A stretch of 64,000 bases of DNA from an uncultured delta proteobacterium (GTDB taxonomy: Bacteria; Desulfobacterota; Desulfuromonadia; Desulfuromonadales; BM103): positions 192,001 through 256,000 of the forward strand of contig CAVQRZ010000001.1 in assembly GCA_963715335.1 (NCBI GenBank). Direction: 5' to 3'. Made by a program: the position numbers and the translations under genes. Below are positions 49,991 through 59,308 of the stretch, piece after piece (the stretch's first letter is position 1; every line of letters begins with the position of its first letter). The notes under the pieces are model-generated. The model was not told the DNA's origin, did not search any database, and worked only from the letters and a program-made list of their open reading frames with translations.

Positions 49991-50611
49991 CTACTTCGAG
50001 TAGAGCTCGACGATCATTTGTTCATTCGCGGCAACCTGGATTTCGTCGCGCTGCGGCAGGCGGTTGACCGTTACGGTCATCCCTTTCTGATCAAGCGTGA
50101 GCCATTCGGCTCCACCAAAACGCGGATTTTCCACCAGGTAGCGTGCTGCCAGCTCTCTGGATGACAAACCGTCGCAAACACTGATCACGTCACCGGCCCT
50201 GACCCGGTACGACGCAATATCCACCCGGCGGCCATTGACCTTGAGATGACCATGATTGACCAGCTGCCGCGCCTGCATCAGGGTACAACCAAGCCCGGCA
50301 CGAAAAGCGATGCTGTCGAGACGGGTTTCGAGCAAGCTTAACAGGTTGTCTCCGGTCACTCCGCGCATCTGCTGGGCCTTGCGAAAGGTCCGGCGGAACT
50401 GCTTCTCGAGCAGGCCGTAGGCGTGACGCAGCTTTTGCTTTTCGATCAGCTGCTGGCCGTAGTCAGAGACCTTGCGCCGGGCCTGGTTCGGGCCATGTTG
50501 ACCGGGGCCGTGGCTGCGACGTTCGAGCAGCCGGTCATACTTGGGGTTGCCGTATATATTGACGCCGAACCGGCGAACCAGCTTGCCTTTCGGGCCTGTA
50601 AATTTAGCCAT
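49991..50611 (-). CDS. rpsD: 30S ribosomal protein S4, orphan zinc-free paralog
   Basis: PGQHG, SDYGQQLIEKQKL, LETRLD, QARQLVNHGH, IVELYSK; no N-terminal CxxC. Confidence 0.95.
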   Translation of the reverse strand: MAKFTGPKGKLVRRFGVNIYGNPKYDRLLERRSHGPGQHGPNQARRKVSDYGQQLIEKQKLRHAYGLLEKQFRRTFRKAQQMRGVTGDNLLSLLETRLDSIAFRAGLGCTLMQARQLVNHGHLKVNGRRVDIASYRVRAGDVISVCDGLSSRELAARYLVENPRFGGAEWLTLDQKGMTVTVNRLPQRDEIQVAANEQMIVELYSK

Positions 50612-50633
50612 AAACTTGATTTCTCCTGGAGGT

Positions 50634-50680
50634 TATTGAAAACGGTTTTCATTACTATTAAATGTGACCGTTTTTGTCAA
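50634..50680 (-). promoter_or_regulatory. rpsD promoter (TTGACA -35) overlapped by a Fur/Zur-family palindrome
   Basis: TATTGAAAACGGTTTTCATTA at 50634-50654; TTGACA on the minus strand at 50680-50675. Confidence 0.65.
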
Positions 50681-50822
50681 CTTTATTCTGCGCCCTTGTC
50701 ATTCCGGCTCAAATAGGTATAGATTGATCTGCATATGCACAGTATGCACGAAGATGGCCACACGTTAGTGGTCAACAAACCGGTTTGCAGCTGGTGCAGG
50801 GCAACCAGACAGGTTGAGCAGG

Positions 50823-52031
50823 ATGAAATCACTCAGAGAGCTTTACCGTATCGGCAACGGGCCATCGAGCAGTCACACCATTGCACCACGCATAGCCGCC
50901 GAAAAGTTTCGCGGACGACACCGTGGCACGACCGGGTTCCGCGTCACCCTCTTCGGCAGCCTGGCCGCTACCGGACGAGGACACTTGACCGATAAGGTTC
51001 TGGGTGAAGTCTTTGACGACGTCGCCTGGGAACTCATCTGGAAACCGGAGGAGAACCTTCCGCTGCATCCAAATGGCATGTATTTTGAGGCCTTGGCAGA
51101 TGACAACAGCGTAATAGACAAATGGGAAGTCTACAGTATCGGTGGCGGCGCGCTCCGTGAAGTCGGTGAACCAATTGACAGTACTGACATCTACGACCTG
51201 AACTGCATGGAAGCAATCCTGGCGCGATCGAAAGAAATCGGCGAATCGTGCTGGGAATATGTTGCCCGCTGTGAGAGTGATGAAATTTACCCCTTCCTCG
51301 AAGAGGTTTGGGAAACGATGTCAGCTTCCATTGAGCGCGGGCTGGATCATGTTGGCGTATTACCAGGAGGGTTGGGCGTAGAGCGCAAAGCCCAGGCGTT
51401 TAAACGTAAAGCCTCTCTCTATGGCCCTGACTTCAAACACAACGGTCTGCTCTGGGCTTACGCACTGGCCGTTTCCGAAGAAAATGCCGCGGGAGGGGTA
51501 ATTGTTACCGCACCAACTTGTGGCGCAAGCGGGGTTTTGCCGGCGGTTTTGCGTTATCTGTTTGAAAGCCTTGAGTGCCGTACCGAGGATATTCTACGCG
51601 CCTTGGCAACGGCCGGTCTGATCGGTAATCTGGTCAAGCACAACGCTTCCATTTCGGGCGCCGAGGTGGGTTGTCAGGGTGAAATTGGTACAGCCTGCGC
51701 CATGGCTGCGGCAGCCGCCACCCAAATTCACGGTGGCACAATCCGGCAAATTGAGTATGCTGCCGAGATGGGCCTCGAGCATCATCTTGGGCTGACGTGC
51801 GATCCGGTCAATGGCCTGGTACAGATCCCTTGCATCGAGCGCAATGCCCATGCTGCGACGAGGGCTTTGAGTTGCTGTCACTTTGCCCTGCTGTCTGGTG
51901 GAGACCACAAGATCACCTTTGATGAGATCACCAGAGTCATGAAGGAAACCGGTCAGGCCCTGCCTTCACTATACCGGGAAACCGCTGGAGGCGGCATTGC
52001 CCAGGTATACCGGCAGCGAGCTCAAGACTGA
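50823..52031 (+). CDS. sdaA: Fe-S-dependent L-serine dehydratase (single chain)
   Basis: IGNGPSSSHT, GSLAATGRGH, TAPTCGASG, SGAEVGCQGE, LGLTCDP, PCIERNA. Confidence 0.93.
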   Translation: MKSLRELYRIGNGPSSSHTIAPRIAAEKFRGRHRGTTGFRVTLFGSLAATGRGHLTDKVLGEVFDDVAWELIWKPEENLPLHPNGMYFEALADDNSVIDKWEVYSIGGGALREVGEPIDSTDIYDLNCMEAILARSKEIGESCWEYVARCESDEIYPFLEEVWETMSASIERGLDHVGVLPGGLGVERKAQAFKRKASLYGPDFKHNGLLWAYALAVSEENAAGGVIVTAPTCGASGVLPAVLRYLFESLECRTEDILRALATAGLIGNLVKHNASISGAEVGCQGEIGTACAMAAAAATQIHGGTIRQIEYAAEMGLEHHLGLTCDPVNGLVQIPCIERNAHAATRALSCCHFALLSGGDHKITFDEITRVMKETGQALPSLYRETAGGGIAQVYRQRAQD

Positions 52032-52073
52032 TATCAATAGATCCACGATCTTTAACCACAAGGAGAACATGTC

Positions 52074-52394
52074 ATGCGAATTCTTAGCAGCACAGTTGCG
52101 TTGGCACTGCTGGCGACTCTCACTCTGCCATTCACCGGCTGCATGCCATCAGCGGGTCGGCCCTTCCCGGTACAGCAGGTTCGGCAGATAGAGATCGGCA
52201 CCACCACCAAGGCCGAGGTTCAGAAGATGTTCGGTGATCCCTGGCGCACCGGCATCGAGGACGGGTTCCGGACCTATACCTACGGTGAATACAGCATCAA
52301 GATGAGCCGCGACCTGGTCATCAGATTCGATAACAAGGACGTCGTCAAATCATACAGTTTCAGTTCTTCGTATCCCCAGGACGAGAACCTTTAG
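52074..52394 (+). CDS. SmpA/OmlA (BamE-like) lipoprotein
   Basis: Lipobox FTGC, IGTTTKAEVQKMFGDP. Confidence 0.75.
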   Translation: MRILSSTVALALLATLTLPFTGCMPSAGRPFPVQQVRQIEIGTTTKAEVQKMFGDPWRTGIEDGFRTYTYGEYSIKMSRDLVIRFDNKDVVKSYSFSSSYPQDENL

Positions 52395-52451
52395 TCTCAA
52401 GCAGACCTCAGTCTTTTCATGTTTTGCTTTTGACTGGATTAGTGACCCGAC

Positions 52452-53087
52452 ATGGACATCGCCTCACTCACCACCTACCTGCTCGCCATCACCCTGCTGA
52501 CCTTAACTCCAGGGGTCGACACCATGCTGGTGATCCGCAACACCGCCCGTGGCGGCTGGCGCGATGGTGCTGTGAGCAGCCTCGGTATCTGTTCAGGCCT
52601 TTTTATTCATGCAGCGATTTCCGCCGTGGGCATCTCGGTTATCCTGCTTCAGGCGGCATGGGCCTTCAGTGCCTTGAAACTGGTTGGTGCCGGGTACCTG
52701 GTCTGGCTGGGATACTGCAGCTGGCGCAAGGTCATCAAAAAGGAGACCTTTGCCGTTGCAAACGGTGAAGCCTGCGCGGGGCATTGTTTTTTCTCGGGGC
52801 GATCACTTCGGGAAGGGTTCCTCTCGAATGTCCTCAATCCCAAGACGGCCGTCTTTTACATGGCTTTTCTGCCGCAGTTCATCAACCCGGCCCATTCAGC
52901 TTTGGCCCAGTCGTTGTTTCTCGCCGGGCTGCATTTCATTATCGCCATGATCTGGCAGTGCCTGCTGGCGCTGATGGTCAAACAAGCCAAAGGGTGGCTG
53001 CAGCGCCCACGGGTCAGCCAGGGGTTTGATGGGGTTACCGGGACGGTGATGATTGCGTTGGGGTTGCGGGTTGCGGCGGAAACTTAA
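52452..53087 (+). CDS. LysE/RhtB-family translocator
   Basis: LTPGVDT, GAGYLVWLG, SNVLNPKTAVFY..FLPQF. Confidence 0.92.
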   Translation: MDIASLTTYLLAITLLTLTPGVDTMLVIRNTARGGWRDGAVSSLGICSGLFIHAAISAVGISVILLQAAWAFSALKLVGAGYLVWLGYCSWRKVIKKETFAVANGEACAGHCFFSGRSLREGFLSNVLNPKTAVFYMAFLPQFINPAHSALAQSLFLAGLHFIIAMIWQCLLALMVKQAKGWLQRPRVSQGFDGVTGTVMIALGLRVAAET

Positions 53088-53130
53088 AAATGGGTTGCAT
53101 GTGTTATCAGGCTTTTCCCTTGTAGATCAC

Positions 53131-53305
53131 ACGGCAAGGTCAGGCCCTTTGACACAGGGCCGGATCCCCATTTCAGCAGGTTCTTGAAGTCACAGACATC
53201 CGGCAAAAGAGATGCCCTCCGCAAGGAGAAGGCACTTTTGCATACTTTTGTTGCCGGACAAAAGTATGGCGTCGGGCGGGACGCGACCCGCCGGGTTTGC
53301 CTTTG
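53131..53305 (+). repeat. Multi-hairpin intergenic repeat element, copy C
   Basis: 53236-53294 is 58/59 identical to the reverse complement of 7230-7288; upstream hairpins are collinear with copies A and B. Confidence 0.8.
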
Positions 53306-53333
53306 ATTCTGGTCTGAAATCGTTCAAGATATC

Positions 53334-54224
53334 CTACAGACACTCCCCTATCCCCTCAGCATAACTGATCGGCGCCAGTTCAAACGTCTGCGCCCACTCT
53401 CCCGGATCACAGACATTCCCCTCGACCAGCATCTGCAACTGGTCCTCGGTAATCGGGAATTGCTCAAAACCCTGCAGCATCTTGATCATCGGCTTGATCA
53501 TAAAGAGCGGCTGGTGCATTTTGGTCGCCTGTTCTCGGCCCATGGCCCGGGCAGTCAAATCAAGGATTGTATCGTAGGTGTAACTTTCGCTGCCGCCCTG
53601 GTGATAAGTCGCACCGACCGAGTTCGACATTTGCAGGGCCCTGACGAAGCTCTCTGCCACCTGGGCAACCGACACTGGCTGCATGCGGTATTGGCCGTCA
53701 CCGATCACGGGTACGACCGGTACTCGACGAATCAGCTCGGTCAGCATCTTGACGAATTCACTGCCGTGGCCGAAGATCAGCGAGGGGCGAAAGATTGTCC
53801 AGTCCAGCCCACTGTCACGAACCAGCTCCTCAGCCTGCCACTTGGTTCGATGATATACGGTACTACCGTTTTCACGTGTACCGTTAGAGCTCATGTGCAA
53901 TAAACGCCGTACCCCCTGTTCGGCACAGGCATCGAGAATGTTTTCCGTCGCGGTCACGTGCATTTTCTTGAAGGTAATGCCGCGTCCGGGGAACTCGCGG
54001 ATAATTCCGACCAGGTGAATCACCGCTTCACAACCATCCAGGGCGCCGACCAGACTGCCGGCATCGGTGACATCACCACTGTGAACCTCGACCCGCTCTC
54101 GTTCCGGGAGTTTGCTCTCTGAGCCTTCCCGCACCAGGACTCGCACCGCATGCCCCGCCTGCAACAGTTGCCTCAATATCTCTCGACCAACAAACCCGGT
54201 GCCACCGGTCACAAATACTTTCAT
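53334..54224 (-). CDS. NAD(P)-dependent epimerase/dehydratase, NDUFA9-like atypical SDR
   Basis: VTGGTGFVG, HLVGII, YHRTKWQAE, FRPSLIFG. Confidence 0.9.
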   Translation of the reverse strand: MKVFVTGGTGFVGREILRQLLQAGHAVRVLVREGSESKLPERERVEVHSGDVTDAGSLVGALDGCEAVIHLVGIIREFPGRGITFKKMHVTATENILDACAEQGVRRLLHMSSNGTRENGSTVYHRTKWQAEELVRDSGLDWTIFRPSLIFGHGSEFVKMLTELIRRVPVVPVIGDGQYRMQPVSVAQVAESFVRALQMSNSVGATYHQGGSESYTYDTILDLTARAMGREQATKMHQPLFMIKPMIKMLQGFEQFPITEDQLQMLVEGNVCDPGEWAQTFELAPISYAEGIGECL

Positions 54225-54270
54225 AATTTTGCCTTTTTAATTGCTTTTTCCCGCCGCGCGCTTCGCGTCT

Positions 54271-55713
54271 CTATCCTTTAATTACCGCCATCGGTTTCAA
54301 CCGGGCGACAATATGTCCGATGCCAGCCCGGTGCACCACATCCACAACCTCGGCAACGTCCTTGTAGGCATCCGGCATCTCCTCGGCGACCGTCGCGCGA
54401 CCGGCAGCCCGCACCAGGACTCCGCGTTCAGCCAGCTCCTTGATCAGGTCGTGGCCGCGCGCGGCCTTTTTCGCCGCTTGCCGTGACATCACCCGTCCTG
54501 CGCCATGACAGGTGGAACCGAAGGTTTCCTGATAGGCGCCGGCCGTACCGGTCAAAACGTAGGAGTAGCGCCCCATGTCGCCGGGGATCAGAACCGGTTG
54601 GCCGATCTGGCGGTATACCTCCGGAATCTCGGCGTGCCCTGGTGGGAACGCGCGGGTTGCCCCCTTGCGATGCACACAGAGGCGACGCTCTTTACCGTCA
54701 ACCTGGTGCTTCTCCCACTTGGCAATATTGTGGCAAACGTCGTAGATCACACCGAGCCGTAACTCGGCCGGCCCCTTGTGCAGGACCTGCGCAAAAGTTT
54801 CACGCACCCAGGCGGTAATCATCTGACGGTTGGCGAAAGCAAAGTTGGCAGCACAGGCCATCGCGGCCAGGTAGCTTTTGGCCTCGTCACTCTGCAGGGG
54901 AGCGCAGCAGAGCTGGCGGTCGGGCAGGGCGATGCCGTACTTGCGAGCGGCCTTGAGCATGATCTTGAGGTAATCGTCGCAGACCTGGTAGCCCAAACCC
55001 CGGCTGCCGGTGTGAATGCTGACCGTAACTTGCCCGGGATAGAGACCGAGGACCTCTGCAGCTCTCTCGTCGTAAATTTCCTCGACCTGCTGGATCTCGA
55101 GAAAGTGATTGCCGCTGCCAAGAGTCCCCAACTGGGCACGACCGCGTTCCAGGGCACGCTCTGAAACCATCTCCGGATCGGCACCGGCAATGACGCCCTG
55201 TCCCTCGATGCGGTCGAGGTCGCTGGCTTCGCCAAGGCCCTGTCCAACGGCCCAGGCAGCGCCCTTGACAAGGACTTTTTTTGCTTCGCCGACAGACAGC
55301 TTGAAGTCCCGGCGATGAGAACCGACTCCGGACGGGACATTACGAAACAGTTCGTCGGCAAGTTTAGCGAGGTGCGGTCTGATCGCGGCAGCGTCCAGGT
55401 TGCTGCGCAGCAGCCGCACACCACAGTTGATATCATAGCCAACACCACCCGGGGAAACGACTCCGTCATCAGCATCGAAGGCTGCCACCCCGCCGATCGG
55501 GAAGCCGTAGCCCCAGTGAATATCGGGCATCGCCAGCGACGGGCCGACGATACCGGGCAGAGTGGCGACGTTGCAGACCTGCTCAAGGGCCTGCTCCCGG
55601 CGCAGCTCCTGCATTAACTTCGCCGAGGTAAAGACCAGGCCATCGGTACGCATCGCCCCCTCGCGTGGAATCCGCCAGCGACAGGCGTCGATCTGCTGAA
55701 CCTTGATACTCAT
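54271..55713 (-). CDS. rtcB: RNA-splicing/repair ligase RtcB (archaeal/eukaryal-like long form)
   Basis: MPDIHWGYGFPIGGV, GYDINCG, LGSGNHF, HTGSRG, HNIAK, HRKGATRA, STCHGAGR, EEMPDAYK. Confidence 0.96.
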   Translation of the reverse strand: MSIKVQQIDACRWRIPREGAMRTDGLVFTSAKLMQELRREQALEQVCNVATLPGIVGPSLAMPDIHWGYGFPIGGVAAFDADDGVVSPGGVGYDINCGVRLLRSNLDAAAIRPHLAKLADELFRNVPSGVGSHRRDFKLSVGEAKKVLVKGAAWAVGQGLGEASDLDRIEGQGVIAGADPEMVSERALERGRAQLGTLGSGNHFLEIQQVEEIYDERAAEVLGLYPGQVTVSIHTGSRGLGYQVCDDYLKIMLKAARKYGIALPDRQLCCAPLQSDEAKSYLAAMACAANFAFANRQMITAWVRETFAQVLHKGPAELRLGVIYDVCHNIAKWEKHQVDGKERRLCVHRKGATRAFPPGHAEIPEVYRQIGQPVLIPGDMGRYSYVLTGTAGAYQETFGSTCHGAGRVMSRQAAKKAARGHDLIKELAERGVLVRAAGRATVAEEMPDAYKDVAEVVDVVHRAGIGHIVARLKPMAVIKG

Positions 55714-55722
55714 GCGCTATCC

Positions 55723-56133
55723 CTAAAGATCGACATAAACCATGGCACGCCAACCTTCCGGAACTTCTTCCAGGCAGGCCTGGTGATAGGTGACTGACTT
55801 GACCTGCCGTTCAACTGCGTGACGCAACGGGTTGAAAGGCTCTCCTGAAACAGTCGCCCTCAGATCTGTCGCGGTAAGCATGTCAATGCGGAACCTCGCC
55901 GGAACCAGATTGTCTTTTTCACTCCAGTAGGCAACCTCATTCAGCCAGCAGACCAGCAGTTCGGTCAGGTTTTCGGCGTGTGCCGTGATCTCCGCATCAA
56001 ACTTCGCCAAAGCAGGGCTCTCGCCAAACATCAGGGCTTTCAGTCCTTGCGCCATATCCTGCAGTACCATTGCGGGAGAATCCGCCCGCGCTTCGATCCC
56101 GATATCTGCGGTGTGTTCAATAAGTTTGTACAT
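55723..56133 (-). CDS. Archease
   Basis: YKLIEHTADIGI N-terminus, VKSVTYH, C-terminal VYVDL. Confidence 0.93.
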   Translation of the reverse strand: MYKLIEHTADIGIEARADSPAMVLQDMAQGLKALMFGESPALAKFDAEITAHAENLTELLVCWLNEVAYWSEKDNLVPARFRIDMLTATDLRATVSGEPFNPLRHAVERQVKSVTYHQACLEEVPEGWRAMVYVDL

Positions 56134-56458
56134 ATTTCATGCCCTTCACAATTGGCCTGTTAATTATAGCAGCAAGATTGAAATTAGCTGGTTGAAATAA
56201 TTTGTTGCAGATCTGGCACTTTTATAAAAATGAGATATATTTAATGACAATAAGTACGGGGATATACCGTAAAATACTTCCCCGCTGGCAGGATGAAAAA
56301 ATTTTCAGAAAGCCTATGTTTTTACTTGACAAAACGCTGTTCTAACCTCTATCAAGGGAGAAGTGTTTTTCTCAAACACGTCTTTGCCTTACATCATAAT
56401 ATATTGAATTTAATAGGTTTGCGTCTTTAGTCACAGACACCGATAAGGAGGTCGTTCC

Positions 56459-57574
56459 ATGAAAACTGACTTGGATGTCACCCCACGGATTCCCGAGGAG
56501 ATTCTCCAGCGCGTGGAGGCAAGAGGGATCAGCCGTCGCGCCTTTATCAAGTTCTGCACGGCAACAACCGCAGCCCTGGCATTGCCGATCACTATGCTGC
56601 CGCAAGTCGCCCGGGCCATCGAAGACAAGCGGCCGCCGGTCATTTGGGTCGAATATCAGAGCTGTTCCGGCGATTCGGAGGCTTTCCTGCGGGCCAACCA
56701 ACCGACCGCCGGCGAAATCATCCTGGATCTGCTATCGATCGAGTATGCAGAGGTAATCATGGCTGCCGCCGGACACCAGGCTGAAAAATCCAAGCATGAC
56801 GCCATGGAGAAATACAAGGGCCAATACATCCTGATCGTTGAAGGATCAATCCCAACGGGAGCAGCGGGCGGCTACTGCACAGTCGGTGGACAAAGTGCAG
56901 TGGAAGATTGCAAGAAGCTGGTGCAGAACGCCGCAGCCACGATCGCAGTTGGGTCATGTGCCACTTTCGGCGGCATCCCTGCCGCAGCGCCGAATCCGAC
57001 CAACGCCAAGTCTGTCAGTGAGATTGTCCCGGGGGCCACAATCGTCAACCTCCCCGGCTGCCCGGTCAATGCCGAGAACCTGACGGCAACCATCGTACAT
57101 TTCCTGACCTTTGGCAAACTGCCGGCGGTCGATCGTCTTGGCCGTCCCAAGTTTGCCTACGGCAAGCGCATTCATGACAACTGCGAACGCCGCGGCCATT
57201 TCGATGCCGGGCAGTACGCGGAAGCGTTTGGCGACCCCGGTCATCGCCAGGGCTATTGCCTGTACAAGCTTGGCTGCAAAGGACCGGAGACCTTCCACAA
57301 CTGCCCAACCATCCGTTACAACGAGGGCGTGTCCTGGCCGATTATGGCAGGCCACGGCTGCATCGGTTGTTCCGAGCCAGGGTTTTGGGACACCATGAGT
57401 CCCTTCTACCGACGCCTGCCCAAGGTTCCCGGTTTTGGCATAGAAGATACTGCTGACAAAATCGGTATCGGCCTGGCGGCGGCCACCGCAGTCGCATTCG
57501 GCATCCACGGGGTGGCGAGCTGCTTCCGCAAGGGTGATGCCATGGGTGAAGACAAGGTCATAAAGGAGGAATAA
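56459..57574 (+). CDS. hyaS: Group 1 membrane-bound [NiFe] hydrogenase small subunit
   Basis: Tat signal SRRAFIK, GSCATFGG, PGCP, HDNCER, CLYKLGCKGP, GHGCIGC, C-terminal TM anchor. Confidence 0.95.
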   Translation: MKTDLDVTPRIPEEILQRVEARGISRRAFIKFCTATTAALALPITMLPQVARAIEDKRPPVIWVEYQSCSGDSEAFLRANQPTAGEIILDLLSIEYAEVIMAAAGHQAEKSKHDAMEKYKGQYILIVEGSIPTGAAGGYCTVGGQSAVEDCKKLVQNAAATIAVGSCATFGGIPAAAPNPTNAKSVSEIVPGATIVNLPGCPVNAENLTATIVHFLTFGKLPAVDRLGRPKFAYGKRIHDNCERRGHFDAGQYAEAFGDPGHRQGYCLYKLGCKGPETFHNCPTIRYNEGVSWPIMAGHGCIGCSEPGFWDTMSPFYRRLPKVPGFGIEDTADKIGIGLAAATAVAFGIHGVASCFRKGDAMGEDKVIKEE

Positions 57575-57577
57575 ACG

Positions 57578-59290
57578 ATGGCTAAAAGAATTGCCGTTGA
57601 TCCAATTACCCGCATAGAAGGCCACCTGCGTATCGAAGCAATGATCGATGGTGGCAAGATCGTCGATGCCTGGAGTTCATCCACGGCTTTCCGCGGCATC
57701 GAGACGATCCTCAAGGGTCGTGACCCTCGTGATGCCCATCACTTCACCCAGCGGTTCTGCGGGGTCTGCACCACGGTGCACTCCATGGCCAGCATCCGCG
57801 CCGTGGAAGATGCCCTGAACATCCAGATCCCCGACAATGCCCGCCTGATCCGTAACCTGATCATGGGCATCCAGAACGTCCAGGACCACGTGATTCATTT
57901 CTATCACCTGCACGCCCTCGACTGGGTTGATATCGTCAGCGCTTTGTCTGCCGACCCGGCAGCCACGGCCAAGCTGGCGCAGTCGATCTCCAACTGGCCG
58001 AATTCGAGTGTGACTTATTTCAAGGGCGTCCAGGACAAGGTCGCCGCGTTTGCCGGCACCGGCCGACTCGGCCCCTTCCAGAATGCCTACTGGGGGCATA
58101 GCGCCTACAAGCTGCCGCCGGAAGCGAACCTGATGGCCGTTGCCCATTACCTTGAAGCCCTGGAGTGGCAGAAGGATGTTATCAAGATTCACGCCATCCT
58201 GGGCTCGAAGAACCCGCATCCGCAAACATTCCTGGTCGGCGGCATGTCGATACCGGTTGATCCTGACAGCCAGAATGCCATTAACGCCGACAAGATCGCC
58301 TATATCCGCAAGCTGCTGCGCAAGGCCCGTGCCTTCGTCGAACAGGTCTACATCCCAGACCTGCTGGCCGTCGCGCCTTTCTACCTCGACTGGGCCGGGA
58401 TCGGCGGCGGAGTTGGCAACTACCTCTCCTACGGCGACTTCCCGATGGACAACAGCCCCGGCACCGGCAGCCTGTTCTTCCCGCGTGGCGTCATCATGGG
58501 CAAAGATCTGGCCAATGTCATGGCGATGGATGAGAAGAAGATCTCCGAGTACGTCACCCACTCCTGGTACAACTACTCCAATGGTGACGACAAGGGGCTG
58601 CACCCCTACGAAGGTGAGACGAGCAACAACTACACCGGCCCCAAACCACCCTATGAGTTCCTCGATACCGACGGCAAGTACTCCTGGGTCAAGGCACCGC
58701 GCTACCTGGACCAGCCGATGGAAGTTGGCCCGCTGGCGCGGGTGCTGGTCGCCTACGCCTCTGGAGTCAAGGAAGTCGTCGACACGGTCAACTTCGTCCT
58801 CGGCCAGCTGAATGCACCTGCGTCCGCGCTCTTCTCGACGCTCGGCCGCACAGCCGCCCGCGGTATCGATGCCCTGCTGCTTGCGCAGAAGAACGAGCTC
58901 TGGCTTGACCAACTGGCTGACAACATGGGCCGCGGCATCCTCGACACCTTCAACAAGGAGAAATGGGATCCGTCCACCTGGCCGAAAGAAGCCCAGGGCT
59001 TCGGTTACCACGAGGCCCCGCGTGGCGCACTCGGTCATTTCATCCGCATCGAAAACCAGAAGATCGCCAACTTCCAGGCGGTAGTCCCCTCGACCTGGAA
59101 CGCCGGCCCGCGCGACGCAGCCGGACAGATGGGCCCCTACGAGTCGAGTCTGATCGGCACCCCGATTGCCGACCCGGAAAACCCGCTGGAAATCCTGCGG
59201 ACTATCCACTCCTTCGATCCCTGCCTGGCCTGCGCCGTGCACGTTATGGACGGCAAGGGGACGGAGATCGTCAAGGTTCGGGTCCTCTAA
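57578..59290 (+). CDS. hyaL: Group 1 [NiFe] hydrogenase large subunit
   Basis: DPITRIEGH, QRFCGVC (L1), SFDPCLACAVH (L2) plus cleavable C-terminal extension. Confidence 0.97.
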   Translation: MAKRIAVDPITRIEGHLRIEAMIDGGKIVDAWSSSTAFRGIETILKGRDPRDAHHFTQRFCGVCTTVHSMASIRAVEDALNIQIPDNARLIRNLIMGIQNVQDHVIHFYHLHALDWVDIVSALSADPAATAKLAQSISNWPNSSVTYFKGVQDKVAAFAGTGRLGPFQNAYWGHSAYKLPPEANLMAVAHYLEALEWQKDVIKIHAILGSKNPHPQTFLVGGMSIPVDPDSQNAINADKIAYIRKLLRKARAFVEQVYIPDLLAVAPFYLDWAGIGGGVGNYLSYGDFPMDNSPGTGSLFFPRGVIMGKDLANVMAMDEKKISEYVTHSWYNYSNGDDKGLHPYEGETSNNYTGPKPPYEFLDTDGKYSWVKAPRYLDQPMEVGPLARVLVAYASGVKEVVDTVNFVLGQLNAPASALFSTLGRTAARGIDALLLAQKNELWLDQLADNMGRGILDTFNKEKWDPSTWPKEAQGFGYHEAPRGALGHFIRIENQKIANFQAVVPSTWNAGPRDAAGQMGPYESSLIGTPIADPENPLEILRTIHSFDPCLACAVHVMDGKGTEIVKVRVL

Positions 59291-59308
59291 AGGAAGGAGG
59301 CGCACACC

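Noticed and set aside
56292..56307. ATGAAAAAATTTTCAG as a Fur box upstream of the hydrogenase
   Set aside because: Half-site spacing is one base short of the 17-bp consensus and the region is AT-rich
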